Source: Escherichia coli
GTDB taxonomy: Bacteria > Pseudomonadota > Gammaproteobacteria > Enterobacterales > Enterobacteriaceae
Assembly (NCBI RefSeq): GCF_003334385.1
Contig: NZ_QOWN01000007.1
Strand: one strand, 5' to 3'
Length of the DNA: 64,000 nt
The notes beneath the pieces are model-generated. The model did no database searches. It was not told the origin of the DNA and saw nothing but the letters and a program-made list of their open reading frames with translations. How positions within the stretch are numbered: the first letter of the stretch is position 1; each line of letters begins with the position of its first letter. The position numbers and the translations under genes were made by a program. Below, piece by piece: positions 1 to 10,563 of the stretch.

Positions 1-46
1 GCGCCCACACAGTGATGTTGAGGCTATTTTACCTAAATCGGCATAA
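1..46 (+). CDS. pduJ: 3' end of BMC shell protein PduJ (partial, starts upstream of window)
   Basis: Frame ending at TAA 44-46 translates ...RPHSDVEAILPKSA*, a typical PduA/PduJ shell-protein C-terminus; followed by RBS and pduK. Confidence 0.7.
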   Translation, partial: RPHSDVEAILPKSA

Positions 47-69
47 CCCCATTTGCTAAGGAGCACAGC

Positions 70-492
70 GTGAAGCAATCACTGGGATTACTTGAAGTCA
101 GTGGTCTGGCTCTCGCCATCAGTTGCGCAGACGCTATGGCAAAAGCCGCGTCCATCACGCTGGTTGGCCTTGAGAAGACCAATGGCTCAGGCTGGACGCT
201 CATCAAAATCACCGGTGACGTCGCCTCGGTTAATGCGGCGATCGCGACGGGAGCCAGTTTCGCCGGACAGCGAAATGGCCTTGTCGCACACAAAGTGATT
301 GCCCGCCCGGGAGACGGCATTCTGCCCCACACAACTGAAGCATTGACCGTGACGGTTGAAACAAGCAAAACACCAGCAACAACCGTCACCTCAGAGATTA
401 TCAGTTGTAATTTGTGTCTTGACCCGGCATGTCAGCGGCAAAAAGGTGAGCCCCGCTCACTTTGCCTGTACGCCAATAAGCGAGGGGAGTAG
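70..492 (+). CDS. pduK: Bacterial microcompartment shell protein PduK
   Basis: GTG start after AAGGAG RBS; N-terminal BMC domain MKQSLGLLEVSGLALAISCAD...; operon position. Confidence 0.85.
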   Translation: MKQSLGLLEVSGLALAISCADAMAKAASITLVGLEKTNGSGWTLIKITGDVASVNAAIATGASFAGQRNGLVAHKVIARPGDGILPHTTEALTVTVETSKTPATTVTSEIISCNLCLDPACQRQKGEPRSLCLYANKRGE

Positions 493-494
493 CA

Positions 495-1127
495 GTGGAT
501 AAACAAACCTTGCAGGAAACAGTGAACCAGATTCTGGATGAGATGCGCGAGCGCCCTATCCCACTGGGCGTTTCCAGTCGCCATATACATCTTTCAACAG
601 CGGATTATTTGCGTCTTTTTCCTGAACAACCGATTAGCGAGAAAAAGCCGTTAATGCAACCTGGCCAATACGCTGCGGAACAGGTTGTTACGCTGGAGGG
701 ACCAAAAGGCAAATTGCACAACGTTCGCTTGTTGGGGCCGCTACGCAATGCAAGTCAGGTGGAAATTTCCCGGACGGACGCCAGAACGTTAGGGATCACC
801 GCCCCGCTACGCATGTCAGGCGATCTCAGCGGCACTCCGGGGATTCGTTTGATAAGCCCATTTGCGGAACTGGAGATCACATCTGGCGTTATTGTCGCGC
901 AACGGCATATTCATATGTCTCCGCTGGATGCCCTGATTTATGGCGTTACGCATGGCGATAAAGTGGCGGTTGCCATTGAAGGTGATGAGCGACGACTGAT
1001 ATTCGAAAACGTCGCTGTTCGCGTCTCTCCGGATATGCGTCTTGAAATGCATATTGATACCGATGAGGCCAACGCCGCAGGCGCTGATAGCCCTGACGTT
1101 TTTGCCACACTGGTGTCAGTGCCATGA
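495..1127 (+). CDS. pduL: Phosphate propanoyltransferase PduL
   Basis: 210 aa, PduL/EutD-like sequence, position after pduK. Confidence 0.85.
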   Translation: MDKQTLQETVNQILDEMRERPIPLGVSSRHIHLSTADYLRLFPEQPISEKKPLMQPGQYAAEQVVTLEGPKGKLHNVRLLGPLRNASQVEISRTDARTLGITAPLRMSGDLSGTPGIRLISPFAELEITSGVIVAQRHIHMSPLDALIYGVTHGDKVAVAIEGDERRLIFENVAVRVSPDMRLEMHIDTDEANAAGADSPDVFATLVSVP

Positions 1128-1615
1128 ATAACATGCTGATGCAACGTATTGTTGACGAAGTGGTTTTTCGCCTTAAACAACGTGCGGGAAAAACACTCGT
1201 GCTGACTGTTTTTCAACTGCGAGACGCCAGCGTTCAAGAGAGCGTTCATCAGTATGCGTCATTACAAATCCGATATGTCGATCTGCCGCTGCTGCGACAA
1301 CTTGCGGAGAACGAAACGTCAGATCGAGCAGCGATTCAGATACACGAAGCGTTAGCCTGGGGATTGCACATTCAATTGTCGTTGCAGCGTCATTTCCTGA
1401 ACGCCATTGAATTGAAGACTCTCGCCCGTCTACCGCTAAGCTGGTGCGACGAACAAGGGCAACCGATCTACCTTCATCGTGATCGACTTTTAAGTTATGC
1501 CGATATCGCACAGTTAAGCTCGGGAATACTGGTTTTACAGCGGAAATGTTGTGTGACCGCACTGGCTCGTGAAGCGGCAATTACCCGAAATATTCAGTTA
1601 ATCAGGCAGGAGTAA
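1124..1615 (+). CDS. pduM: Microcompartment protein PduM
   Basis: 163 aa ORF, 4-bp overlap with pduL, operon synteny. Confidence 0.8.
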   Translation: MNNMLMQRIVDEVVFRLKQRAGKTLVLTVFQLRDASVQESVHQYASLQIRYVDLPLLRQLAENETSDRAAIQIHEALAWGLHIQLSLQRHFLNAIELKTLARLPLSWCDEQGQPIYLHRDRLLSYADIAQLSSGILVLQRKCCVTALAREAAITRNIQLIRQE

Positions 1616-1618
1616 CTT

Positions 1619-1894
1619 ATGCATCTGGCTCGAGTCACTGGCGCGGTAGTATCCACGCAAAAATCACCTTCTCTGATCGGGAAAAAACTGCTGCTGGTTC
1701 GCCGGATCAGTGCTGACGGCGAACTGCCTCTCACGCCATTAACCGGCGACGAAGTTGCCGTTGATTCAGTCGGCGCAGGCGTTGGTGAGTTGGTACTCCT
1801 CAGCAGTGGTTCCAGCGCCAGACATGTGTTTTCAGGCCCTAACGAGGCCATCGACCTGGCAGTGGTCGGCATTGTCGATACGCTTTCGCGCTAA
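1619..1894 (+). CDS. pduN: BMC vertex protein PduN (EutN/CcmL family)
   Basis: 91 aa, [15 protein letters not shown]... EutN/PduN-like. Confidence 0.85.
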   Translation: MHLARVTGAVVSTQKSPSLIGKKLLLVRRISADGELPLTPLTGDEVAVDSVGAGVGELVLLSSGSSARHVFSGPNEAIDLAVVGIVDTLSR

Positions 1895-1905
1895 GGAGCT
1901 AAAAG

Positions 1906-2913
1906 ATGGCAATTTATACCCGAACAGGTGATTCAGGAAGTACGTCTTTATTTACCGGACAGCGCGTCAGCAAAACTCATCTACGTGTCGAAACCTATGG
2001 CACGCTGGATGAACTGAACGCGACACTCAGTCTGTGTTATTGCGCCACCGCCATCGAAAGCCATCGCATCTTACTGGAAGCCATTCAACAACAGATATTT
2101 TGGTTTAGCGCCGAACTCGCCAGTGAAAGTGAACAGCCGTCAGCGCAACAGCGTTACATCGGTACGGAAGAAATTGCTGCGCTGGAAAACGCGATCGATA
2201 GCGCAATGAACGCCGTCCCCCCAGTTCACAGCTTCATTCTGCCTGGTCGATGTGAAGCCGCGAGCCGCATGCATTTCGCCCGCACAGTGGCTCGACGGGC
2301 TGAAAGACGTCTGGTTGAACTGACAACGGAAACCACCGTCCGGAATGTTTTGCTGCACTATATCAACCGACTTTCCGATTGTCTGTATGCCCTCGCCCGC
2401 GTGGAAGACAACGTTGCTCATCAAAACCTGATGATTCAGGAAATCACAAAACGTTATCACGAAGCCAACCACATACCAGCATTGAAGGAACGCACAATGC
2501 CGCTCACTTTTCAGGATCTTCACCAGCTCATTCGTAGTGCGGCAATGCGCGCGGATGAACTGCATATTCCCGTTGTCATCAGCATTGTTGATGCCAACGG
2601 AACAGAAAGTGTTACCTGGCGGATGCCTGATGCCCTGTTGGTCAGCAGTGAACTGGCACCGAAAAAAGCCTGGACCGCCGTGGCGATGAAAACGGCAACC
2701 CACAAACTTGCTGATACCGTGCAACCCGGCGCGCCGCTTTACGGGCTCGAAAGCCATATGCAAGGCAAAGTCGTCACTTTTGGTGGCGGCTTCCCCCTCT
2801 GGCGTGACGGAAAATTGCTTGGCGGGCTTGGCATCAGCGGCGGTAGCGTTGAACAAGACATGGATATTGCTCAAAGCGCAATGGCGGCAATTAACGTGGG
2901 AGTAAACCAATGA
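1906..2913 (+). CDS. pduO: ATP:cob(I)alamin adenosyltransferase PduO (N-terminal PduO-type ACA domain + C-terminal DUF336)
   Basis: 335 aa; N-terminus MAIYTRTGDSGSTSLF typical of PduO-type adenosyltransferases. Confidence 0.9.
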   Translation: MAIYTRTGDSGSTSLFTGQRVSKTHLRVETYGTLDELNATLSLCYCATAIESHRILLEAIQQQIFWFSAELASESEQPSAQQRYIGTEEIAALENAIDSAMNAVPPVHSFILPGRCEAASRMHFARTVARRAERRLVELTTETTVRNVLLHYINRLSDCLYALARVEDNVAHQNLMIQEITKRYHEANHIPALKERTMPLTFQDLHQLIRSAAMRADELHIPVVISIVDANGTESVTWRMPDALLVSSELAPKKAWTAVAMKTATHKLADTVQPGAPLYGLESHMQGKVVTFGGGFPLWRDGKLLGGLGISGGSVEQDMDIAQSAMAAINVGVNQ

Positions 2914-4295
2914 ATAACTCTGAATTAGAAACACTGATCCGCAATATTCTGCGCGAGCAACTTGTCCCCGCTACACCACGAACGCTAAGAAACGCTATTT
3001 TCCAGACTGTTGATGAAGCGGTCTGCGCAGCACACCAGGCCTTTTTACGCTTTCAACAGTGCCCGCTTAAAACCCGTAGCGCCATTATCAGTGCTATTCG
3101 CGAAGAATTAATGCCCCGCCTTACCGAACTGGCAGAAGAAAGCGCCAAAGAAACGGGGATGGGAAATAAAGAAGATAAGTACCTAAAAAACAAAGCGGCA
3201 CTCGATAATACGCCAGGAGTTGAAGATTTAACCACCACTGCACTAACCGGTGATGGTGGCATGGTTTTGTTTGAATACTCCCCGTTTGGGGTTATTGGCT
3301 CGGTCACGCCAAGCACCAATCCCACGGAAACCATCATTAACAACAGCATCAGCATGCTGGCAGCAGGTAATAGCGTCTACTTCAGTCCACACCCGGGAGC
3401 CAAATACGTTTCGTTAAAACTGATTACCACAATCGAAGACATCGCGTTTCGCTGTAGTGGCATTCATAACCTGATCGTTACCGTATCTGAACCGACCTTT
3501 GCTGCTACCGAACAGATGATGGCGCACCCTAAAATCAGCGTTCTGGCGATTACCGGCGGTCCGGGGATCGTCGCCATGGGAATGAAAAGTGGCAAGAAAG
3601 TGATTGGTGCCGGAGCGGGTAACCCTCCGTGTATCGTCGATGAAACGGCGGATATTGTGAAAGCCGCCGAAGATATCATCAACGGCGCTTCATTTGATTA
3701 CAACCTGCCGTGTATCGCTGAAAAAAGCCTGATTGTCGTAGCATCAGTGGCAGAGTATTTAATTCAGCAGATGCAAAGTTTTGGCGCGCTTCTTCTTAAC
3801 TATGAGCAAACGGAGAAATTGCGTGCAATTTGCCTGCCAGACGGTAGCGCCAACAAAAAACTGGTTGGGAAAAGCCCATCAGCCTTGCTGGAAGCGGCAG
3901 GCCTCCCTTTGCCCGCAAAAGCGCCGCGCCTACTGATTGCTGTTGTCGACGCCAATGATAGTTGGGTTACTTGTGAACAACTGATGCCAATGCTGCCCAT
4001 TGTGAAGGTCAACGATTTTGATAGCGCTCTCACCCTGGCGCTGAAAGTGGAAGACGGCTTGCACCACACGGCAATTATGCACTCGCAGAACGTCTCACGG
4101 CTCAACCTTGCCGCACGCGTTATGCAAACCTCAATCTTTGTCAAAAACGGCCCCTCCTGGGCGGGTATTGGCGTCGGCGGCGAAGGCTTTACGACCTTTA
4201 CCATTGCAACACCGACCGGAGAAGGGACAACGTCAGCCCGGACTTTTGCCCGCTCACGACGCTGCGTGTTAACCAGCGGCTTTTCAATTCGCTAG
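2910..4295 (+). CDS. pduP: CoA-acylating propionaldehyde dehydrogenase PduP
   Basis: 461 aa aldehyde dehydrogenase family with N-terminal encapsulation-like peptide; synteny. Confidence 0.9.
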   Translation: MNNSELETLIRNILREQLVPATPRTLRNAIFQTVDEAVCAAHQAFLRFQQCPLKTRSAIISAIREELMPRLTELAEESAKETGMGNKEDKYLKNKAALDNTPGVEDLTTTALTGDGGMVLFEYSPFGVIGSVTPSTNPTETIINNSISMLAAGNSVYFSPHPGAKYVSLKLITTIEDIAFRCSGIHNLIVTVSEPTFAATEQMMAHPKISVLAITGGPGIVAMGMKSGKKVIGAGAGNPPCIVDETADIVKAAEDIINGASFDYNLPCIAEKSLIVVASVAEYLIQQMQSFGALLLNYEQTEKLRAICLPDGSANKKLVGKSPSALLEAAGLPLPAKAPRLLIAVVDANDSWVTCEQLMPMLPIVKVNDFDSALTLALKVEDGLHHTAIMHSQNVSRLNLAARVMQTSIFVKNGPSWAGIGVGGEGFTTFTIATPTGEGTTSARTFARSRRCVLTSGFSIR

Positions 4296-4305
4296 AGAAA
4301 CGGAA

Positions 4306-5418
4306 ATGAATACTTTTTCACTGCAGACGCGTTTATACAGCGGACCGGGAAGTCTCAAGGTACTTAGCCGTTTCTCTCATAAACACATCTGGATTATTTG
4401 CGACGTCTTTCTGGCACGCTCACCACTCATTAACACGTTGCATCAGGCGCTGCCCGACAGTAATCGTCTTAGTATTTTTAGCGAAATAACGCCCGACCCA
4501 ACTATCCAGACCGTGGTGAAAGGCATTGCGCAAATGCAGACTTTACGCCCGGATGTGGTTATCGGTTTTGGCGGCGGTTCTGCCCTGGACGCCGCAAAAG
4601 CGATTGTCTGGTTCGGTCGCCAGTGTGGCATTGAAATTGAAACCTGCGTAGCCATTCCTACCACCAGCGGTACCGGTTCCGAAGTGACCAGTGCTTGTGT
4701 CATCAGCGATCCTGAGAAAGGGATTAAATATCCCCTTTTCGATAATGCACTTTATCCGGATATTGCGATCCTTGATCCATCTCTGGTCGTCAGCGTGCCA
4801 CCGGCGATAACGGCCAATACCGGGATGGATGTTTTAACCCATGCGCTTGAAGCTTATGTTTCTCCTCGCGCCAGCGACTTCACGGATGCACTGGTCGAAA
4901 AAGCCGTGCAAATTGTTTTTCAATACCTGCCCACTGCAGTGAAAAAAGGCGATTGTCTTGCCTCCCGTGGCAAAATGCATAATTCATCGACGCTTGCAGG
5001 AATGGCCTTTAGCCAGGCCGGACTCGGTTTAAACCATGCAATTGCTCATCAACTCGGCGGACAGTTTCATCTGCCGCACGGACTGGCGAATGCGCTCCTG
5101 CTCACGGCAGTTATCCGCTTTAATGCTGGCGATCCGCGCGCTGCCAAACGCTATGCCCGGCTGGCGAAAACGTGCCATTTATGCCCGGACAACGCCAATG
5201 ATACCGCCAGCCTGAATGCACTTATTCAACATATTGAGCAGCTTAAAACAACCTGTACGCTGCCGACTCTTGCCAATGCGCTGAAAGAAAAAAAAGCAGA
5301 ATGGTCAATACGCATACCAGATATGGTTCAGGCGGCGCTGGCGGATGCAACGTTGCGTACCAACCCGCGTGCGGCTGATGCCTCCGCGATTGCAGAACTG
5401 CTCGAGGAGTTGTTATGA
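4306..5418 (+). CDS. pduQ: Iron-containing alcohol dehydrogenase (1-propanol dehydrogenase) PduQ
   Basis: 370 aa Fe-ADH family (GGGSALDAAK motif). Confidence 0.9.
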   Translation: MNTFSLQTRLYSGPGSLKVLSRFSHKHIWIICDVFLARSPLINTLHQALPDSNRLSIFSEITPDPTIQTVVKGIAQMQTLRPDVVIGFGGGSALDAAKAIVWFGRQCGIEIETCVAIPTTSGTGSEVTSACVISDPEKGIKYPLFDNALYPDIAILDPSLVVSVPPAITANTGMDVLTHALEAYVSPRASDFTDALVEKAVQIVFQYLPTAVKKGDCLASRGKMHNSSTLAGMAFSQAGLGLNHAIAHQLGGQFHLPHGLANALLLTAVIRFNAGDPRAAKRYARLAKTCHLCPDNANDTASLNALIQHIEQLKTTCTLPTLANALKEKKAEWSIRIPDMVQAALADATLRTNPRAADASAIAELLEELL

Positions 5419-6758
5419 ACGTCGAGTTAACCTCCTGCGACGACCAGATCATCCGCGAGCGAGTACAAGCAGCAGGTGTCGTGGGTGCTGGCGGCGCAGG
5501 TTTTCCAACCCATATTAAGCTACAAGCGCGTGTTGACACTTTCCTGGTGAATGCGGCGGAATGCGAACCCATGTTGAAAGTGGATCAACAGTTAATGGCG
5601 CAGCAAGCCAGTCGCCTGCTTCGCGGTGTTCACTATGCGATGAAAGCCACCGGGGCCAGTAGCGGAATCATCGCGCTGAAAGAGAAATATCAACTGGCAA
5701 TAAACGCACTCACACCACTGTTACCACCGGATATCCGCCTGCATATTTTGCCCGATGTTTACCCCGCAGGAGACGAAGTGCTGACCATCTGGATGGCAAC
5801 TGGTCGCCGCGTTCCACCCGCTGCATTACCCGTTAGCGTCGGTGTGGTGGTCAATAATGTTCAAACCGTACTTAATATTGCCAGAGCCGTCGAGCAACAG
5901 TATCCAGTGACGCACCGCACACTCACCGTTAATGGTGCAGTGGCGAAACCAATAACGGTAACCGTCCCCATCGGCATGTCTTTACGTGAAGTCCTGGCGC
6001 TGGCGGGCGGCGCAACAGTGGATGCTCCTGGTTTTATCAATGGCGGGCCGATGATGGGAAGTTTGATCACATCGCTCGACACACCAGTCAGCAAAACCAC
6101 TGGCGGCTTGCTGGTTTTACCCAACTCTCATTCACTGATCCAACGTCGAATGCAGAATGACCGCAGCGTACTTGCCGTCGCGAAAACTGTTTGTGAGCAA
6201 TGCCGCTTGTGTACCGATCTCTGTCCACGTCATTTAATCGGCCACGAACTGGCTCCCCATTTACTAGTACGTGCGGTTAACTACCAACAGCTCGCTACGC
6301 CGCAACTGTTACTGACGGCGCTCACCTGTTCAGAGTGCAACGTCTGCGCCAGTGTCGCCTGTCCGGTAGGAATTTCACCAATGCGCATAAACCGCCTGCT
6401 TAAGCAGGAATTACGCGCAAAAAATCTCCGTTACGAAGGTACCTTAAATCCTGCAGATCCCATGGCAAATTATCGACTGATTCCCGTAAAACAGCTGGTA
6501 ACCAGACTTGGCTTAACCCCGTGGTATCAGGATGCGCCATTGTCTGAACAGGTGCCTCAGCCCGAAAAAGTGACGTTATTGTTACGCCAGCACATCGGTG
6601 CCAGCGCAATTGCGTGTGTACAAAAAGGCGATCGCGTCGTTCATGGGCAATGTGTAGGTCAAATTCCACACGGCACATTAGGTGCCCCCATTCATGCCAG
6701 TATTGATGGCATGGTCAGCGATGTGACAGAAAACGCGATTACGCTTGTGAGAGGTTAA
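5415..6758 (+). CDS. pduS: Cobalamin reductase PduS (RnfC/NuoF-like, Fe-S)
   Basis: 447 aa, [12 protein letters not shown] motif and two Cys clusters; synteny. Confidence 0.9.
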   Translation: MNVELTSCDDQIIRERVQAAGVVGAGGAGFPTHIKLQARVDTFLVNAAECEPMLKVDQQLMAQQASRLLRGVHYAMKATGASSGIIALKEKYQLAINALTPLLPPDIRLHILPDVYPAGDEVLTIWMATGRRVPPAALPVSVGVVVNNVQTVLNIARAVEQQYPVTHRTLTVNGAVAKPITVTVPIGMSLREVLALAGGATVDAPGFINGGPMMGSLITSLDTPVSKTTGGLLVLPNSHSLIQRRMQNDRSVLAVAKTVCEQCRLCTDLCPRHLIGHELAPHLLVRAVNYQQLATPQLLLTALTCSECNVCASVACPVGISPMRINRLLKQELRAKNLRYEGTLNPADPMANYRLIPVKQLVTRLGLTPWYQDAPLSEQVPQPEKVTLLLRQHIGASAIACVQKGDRVVHGQCVGQIPHGTLGAPIHASIDGMVSDVTENAITLVRG

Positions 6759-6760
6759 CC

Positions 6761-7315
6761 ATGTCGAAAGCGGTAGGTATTTTAGAACTTAGCAGTATCG
6801 CGAAAGGGATGGAAACCGGCGACGCCATGCTGAAAAGCGCCAACGTTGAGTTACTGGTCAGCAAAACGCTATGCCCCGGAAAATTTCTGCTGATGCTCGG
6901 TGGCGATGTGGGCGCGGTGCAACAGGCCATCAACAGCGGAGCGTCCCTTGCTGGTGAAATGCTGGTCGACAGTCTTGTCCTGCCGAATATTCATCCCAGC
7001 CTCCTTTCTGCAATCAGCGGACTTAACCATGTTGAACAGCACCGGGCTGTCGGCGTAGTCGAAACCTGGAGTGTCGCCGCCTGCATTGACGCTGCCGATT
7101 GTGCTGTCAAAGCTGCGAATGTCATTCTCGTTCGCGTACATATGGCTTTTGGCATTGGCGGTAAATGCTACATGGTGGTTGCTGGCGATATTTCAGATGT
7201 TAATAACGCGGTCTCTGTCGCCAGCGAGCGTGCGGGGGAAAAAGGTTTGTTGGTCTATCGGTCGGTGATTGCCCGTCCACATGAAGCCATGTGGCGTCAG
7301 ATGGTGGAGGGATAA
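6761..7315 (+). CDS. pduT: BMC shell protein PduT (tandem BMC domains)
   Basis: 184 aa with two BMC-like halves; synteny. Confidence 0.85.
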   Translation: MSKAVGILELSSIAKGMETGDAMLKSANVELLVSKTLCPGKFLLMLGGDVGAVQQAINSGASLAGEMLVDSLVLPNIHPSLLSAISGLNHVEQHRAVGVVETWSVAACIDAADCAVKAANVILVRVHMAFGIGGKCYMVVAGDISDVNNAVSVASERAGEKGLLVYRSVIARPHEAMWRQMVEG

Positions 7316-7665
7316 TGACAACTCAGCACACAACTGAACGGATGATTCAGGAATATGTCCCTGGTAAGCAGGTCACGCTGGCACATGTCATCGCCAATCC
7401 AGGGAAGGATCTGTTTAAGAAATTGGGTTTACCAGACACCATTTCCGCTATTGGCATTCTGACGATTACCCCCAGCGAAGCATCTATCATCGCATGCGAT
7501 ATCGCCACAAAATCAGGCGCTGTAGAGATCGGTTTTCTTGATCGTTTTACCGGTGCCGTAGTGCTGACTGGTGATGTTTCTGCGATCGAATATGCACTTA
7601 GCCAGGTTACCCGTACGCTGGGTGAAATGATGCGCTTTACCGCCTGCCCCATTACGCGAACCTGA
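7315..7665 (+). CDS. pduU: BMC shell protein PduU (EutS/PduU family)
   Basis: 116 aa from ATG overlapping pduT stop (TAATG); ORF-track start at 7291 is probably an upstream extension. Confidence 0.8.
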   Translation: MTTQHTTERMIQEYVPGKQVTLAHVIANPGKDLFKKLGLPDTISAIGILTITPSEASIIACDIATKSGAVEIGFLDRFTGAVVLTGDVSAIEYALSQVTRTLGEMMRFTACPITRT

Positions 7666-7669
7666 CGTT

Positions 7670-8113
7670 ATGCAACGTATGATGCTCATCGGCCCCAGCC
7701 AGTGCGGAAAAACGTCACTCACGCAATGTCTGCGTAGCGAAAATATTCATTATCAGAAAACGCAGGCAATCGTCTGGTCCCCGACCACCATTGATACACC
7801 AGGCGAATACCTCGAAAACCGCAGCCTCTACAGTGCACTGTTGGTCAGTGCCTGCGAAGCAGACATTATCGCGCTGGTGCTTAATGCGGACGCACCGTGG
7901 TCACCTTTTTCGCCAGGCTTTACCTTGTCAATGAATCGCCCGGTCATTGGAGTAGTAACCAAAGCAGATTTAGCCAGCATGGAACAAATATCTTTGGTGA
8001 AATGTTGGTTACGGGAAGCTGGAGCGCACAACGTGTTAGTAACCAGTGCGGTTAATAACAATGGAGTGGCAGAACTTTTAGCCTTGCTGCATACAGAAGA
8101 AGGCTGTCGCTAA
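7670..8113 (+). CDS. pduV: Microcompartment-associated GTPase PduV (EutP/PduV family)
   Basis: 147 aa with P-loop [10 protein letters not shown]. Confidence 0.85.
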   Translation: MQRMMLIGPSQCGKTSLTQCLRSENIHYQKTQAIVWSPTTIDTPGEYLENRSLYSALLVSACEADIIALVLNADAPWSPFSPGFTLSMNRPVIGVVTKADLASMEQISLVKCWLREAGAHNVLVTSAVNNNGVAELLALLHTEEGCR

Positions 8114-8171
8114 TTTCGACAGGTTATCAGATGGGAATGATGACGGTGATACACAGAAAAGAATCAATGAA

Positions 8172-8200
8172 CATTGAGGGTTGCCAGGCAACCCTCAATG
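8172..8200. terminator. Inverted repeat between convergent pduV and yeeX (possible bidirectional terminator)
   Basis: cattgagggttgcc-a-ggcaaccctcaatg perfect 14-bp stem; weak U-tract. Confidence 0.4.
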
Positions 8201-8213
8201 AATAAAACAGGAA

Positions 8214-8543
8214 TTACTTCGCTTCGCCGTTTTTCATTTCGCCCATAGCTTTCAGCTTTTTGGAGATATCACGGCGTTCTTTGGAGAGCTCGGCATTTTT
8301 GATGATGTAATCGTCAACACGATCTTCATAGTCACCCTTCATGCTGGCGATGATGCCCTGGATTGCTTCAACGCTCATCCCCGGCTTGATGTAATCGCTC
8401 AGGTTGTCCAGCAGCAGGACGCGCTTCTGGTTGTCACGGATCTTTTTCTCAACGTCCTGAATTTCACGTTGCAGTTTGTTCTTACGACGGAACAGACGAA
8501 CAAATTCCAGTACGTCCTGGAATGAAGGCTTGGTAGTTTCCAT
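8214..8543 (-). CDS. yeeX: UPF0265 family protein YeeX
   Basis: 109 aa from [14 protein letters not shown]...; ORF-track 131 aa version is an upstream extension. Confidence 0.85.
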   Translation of the reverse strand: METTKPSFQDVLEFVRLFRRKNKLQREIQDVEKKIRDNQKRVLLLDNLSDYIKPGMSVEAIQGIIASMKGDYEDRVDDYIIKNAELSKERRDISKKLKAMGEMKNGEAK

Positions 8544-8714
8544 TTTTATACCCCTGATAATGTGAGAGTCGGATTCGTTTAAGCAACCGCTATTCGTTAG
8601 GGCCAACATTACTCATAGCTGCCGCAGATGACAATGCTTTTATCCCTTTTCACTATCATACCCTTTATCCTTGCTGAATCGAAGCAGCAGCAAGATGATT
8701 CTGAAGTTCAGGAA

Positions 8715-9773
8715 TTATTTGCGCAAGGCCCGGCAAATCAGATTCGATAGCAACTCAAGCTGATGTGCCGTTTCCATGTTCAGCCACACATAACCATAGA
8801 TTGGTGTTTCCACAACCTTCAGGTCATGGTGGTTATTGAGCAACTGACGCAGCTCTTCCACAGCATCGTTCAATTTTTCCGTATTGGCAAAAACCGGCTG
8901 CGGATTACCTTCGTACAGCGCATGAACAAGGCTCAGCAGTATTTGCTGCATCATGTGCTGGGTATCACGAAGTTTTTGCGCGTTCAATAACACGAAATGG
9001 CTGGGGCGCGTGGCCCAGTACGCATTGATTTGCAACTCCAGCATACAAACCAGATTGCGGTTAATGGTCTGGATACCTTCATATATCGATTTTGGAATAC
9101 GGGTTTCTTTGCTGGCGGGCGCAATCAGCCCACGCATTTTCACGGCATCGGTCAGGAGTTTTTGTAGATGGCTTTCCAGACGTGGGCGTTCGAGTAAGTT
9201 CGGTGAGAATGCTGATTGATAGACCCGATTATACTCGGTCAGACTTTTCGCCAGTTGAATGCGCCAGTGGATGAACGCCCGTTGTGGCCAGATACCGGTA
9301 AACAACATTGCCAGTAAAGAGCCGAGGATCACATCGCCGCTTCGCCATAACGCCGTATCAATTTCACCTGTCGGGGAACCCACAACAATTGCCAGCGTCA
9401 CCCCAATCAATAAACCTTGATACGGTTTCTTGCCCAGCGCCAGCCAACCGCAAAGGAACATGGCCGCCGCGCACCAGACTAACATCAGCGGTAACGAGAT
9501 TAACTCCAGTTGCAGAGCGATAAGACCTAATATCGAACCCAACACCGTACCGCCAATACGTTCGAAGGCACGAGGGACAACGTTACCCCAGAACGAGATT
9601 GGCCCCATAATCACCACCATGGTGACCAGCGGCCAGGTGCTTTCAGGGATAGTAAACAGGCGGATAATGAGAAAAGTGAGCAGGAATGCCAGCGCGACCC
9701 GAGTACCATGCACAATGCGGTAATGGCGGTATACCCGGATTTCAAACGGGCTTAATGACTTATCGGCAAGCAC
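8715..9773 (-). CDS. yeeA: Inner membrane protein YeeA (FUSC-like)
   Basis: 352 aa multi-TM protein, synteny with sbmC. Confidence 0.85.
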   Translation of the reverse strand: MLADKSLSPFEIRVYRHYRIVHGTRVALAFLLTFLIIRLFTIPESTWPLVTMVVIMGPISFWGNVVPRAFERIGGTVLGSILGLIALQLELISLPLMLVWCAAAMFLCGWLALGKKPYQGLLIGVTLAIVVGSPTGEIDTALWRSGDVILGSLLAMLFTGIWPQRAFIHWRIQLAKSLTEYNRVYQSAFSPNLLERPRLESHLQKLLTDAVKMRGLIAPASKETRIPKSIYEGIQTINRNLVCMLELQINAYWATRPSHFVLLNAQKLRDTQHMMQQILLSLVHALYEGNPQPVFANTEKLNDAVEELRQLLNNHHDLKVVETPIYGYVWLNMETAHQLELLSNLICRALRK

Positions 9774-9971
9774 GCAGAAACTCCGTAATGAAAATTAAAA
9801 GCGCTCATAACACATCTGTCGGCCAGAAGGCGCGCCTCTGAATTATCCGACGGACAAACCGGGAACAGTGTAATTTCCCGGCAGGAGCGAAAAATTTGAA
9901 AGGCGCATCTTACTCTTTTCGCTTTCAAAAAAAAGAGTGGTCATCGCGTTAACACACCGCCCTGAGATGAA

Positions 9972-10445
9972 TTAGTGATGTTTTGGCTGCACCGCAACAT
10001 ACATTTCGATATCCCAGTACCCATCTTCCGCGCCATTGTTCAAATAAACCTCGAAGCAGGGCTTTGGTAACATTTCATAAGCACTGTCCTGCAAGAGGCT
10101 ATTAAAGAACTGATACCAGGGTTTAGCAAAATCATCACCGACTACACGAGCCACCGCAACCGCATACTGACCACCTGAAATTTCTGTCAGAATGACGCCC
10201 TCACTGTTTTCGGGGAGCGTAAAGTTATTCGGTACCGTCACGACGGTGTCGCAGCGTAATTTTTCGGCGGGTGTTTCATCTGGATTGTCGTAATAGACAG
10301 CAACCCACTCCTTCGGCACAATATTTTGGCTATCTACCCACATCATCAACTGCTCAAAACCTTTCTTTACCGTCTGTTCCCACGGGCCAACGAGATGGAA
10401 ACCTGCAACGGTACGTTTATCTTCCTGCTTAATCTCGTAGTTCAT
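9972..10445 (-). CDS. sbmC: DNA gyrase inhibitor SbmC (GyrI)
   Basis: 157 aa; LexA box immediately upstream. Confidence 0.9.
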   Translation of the reverse strand: MNYEIKQEDKRTVAGFHLVGPWEQTVKKGFEQLMMWVDSQNIVPKEWVAVYYDNPDETPAEKLRCDTVVTVPNNFTLPENSEGVILTEISGGQYAVAVARVVGDDFAKPWYQFFNSLLQDSAYEMLPKPCFEVYLNNGAEDGYWDIEMYVAVQPKHH

Positions 10446-10459
10446 GACGCCTCCATTAA

Positions 10460-10479
10460 TACTGTTTTTATATACAGTA
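10460..10479. promoter_or_regulatory. LexA (SOS) box in sbmC promoter
   Basis: TACTGTTTTTATATACAGTA matches CTGT-N8-ACAG consensus, ~15 bp upstream of sbmC start. Confidence 0.8.
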
Positions 10480-10563
10480 TAGTTGCAATATTAAAACCAC
10501 AAGGAATGAGTGTTGATTATGCGAGCAGACTCGCACTCCTGCCAGTCTGCTGCAAAAGAAAGG

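Noticed and set aside
2140-2934. 264-aa - strand ORF
   Set aside because: Antisense to pduO/pduP, which have strong operon context.
8544-8609. N-terminal extension of yeeX in the ORF track; similar extensions for sbcB, yeeY, yefM, hisG, hisD, wzzB, ugd, galF, cpsG and wcaD
   Set aside because: Longest-ORF artefacts; internal ATGs give the conserved N-termini I recognise for these proteins and better spacing to neighbours.
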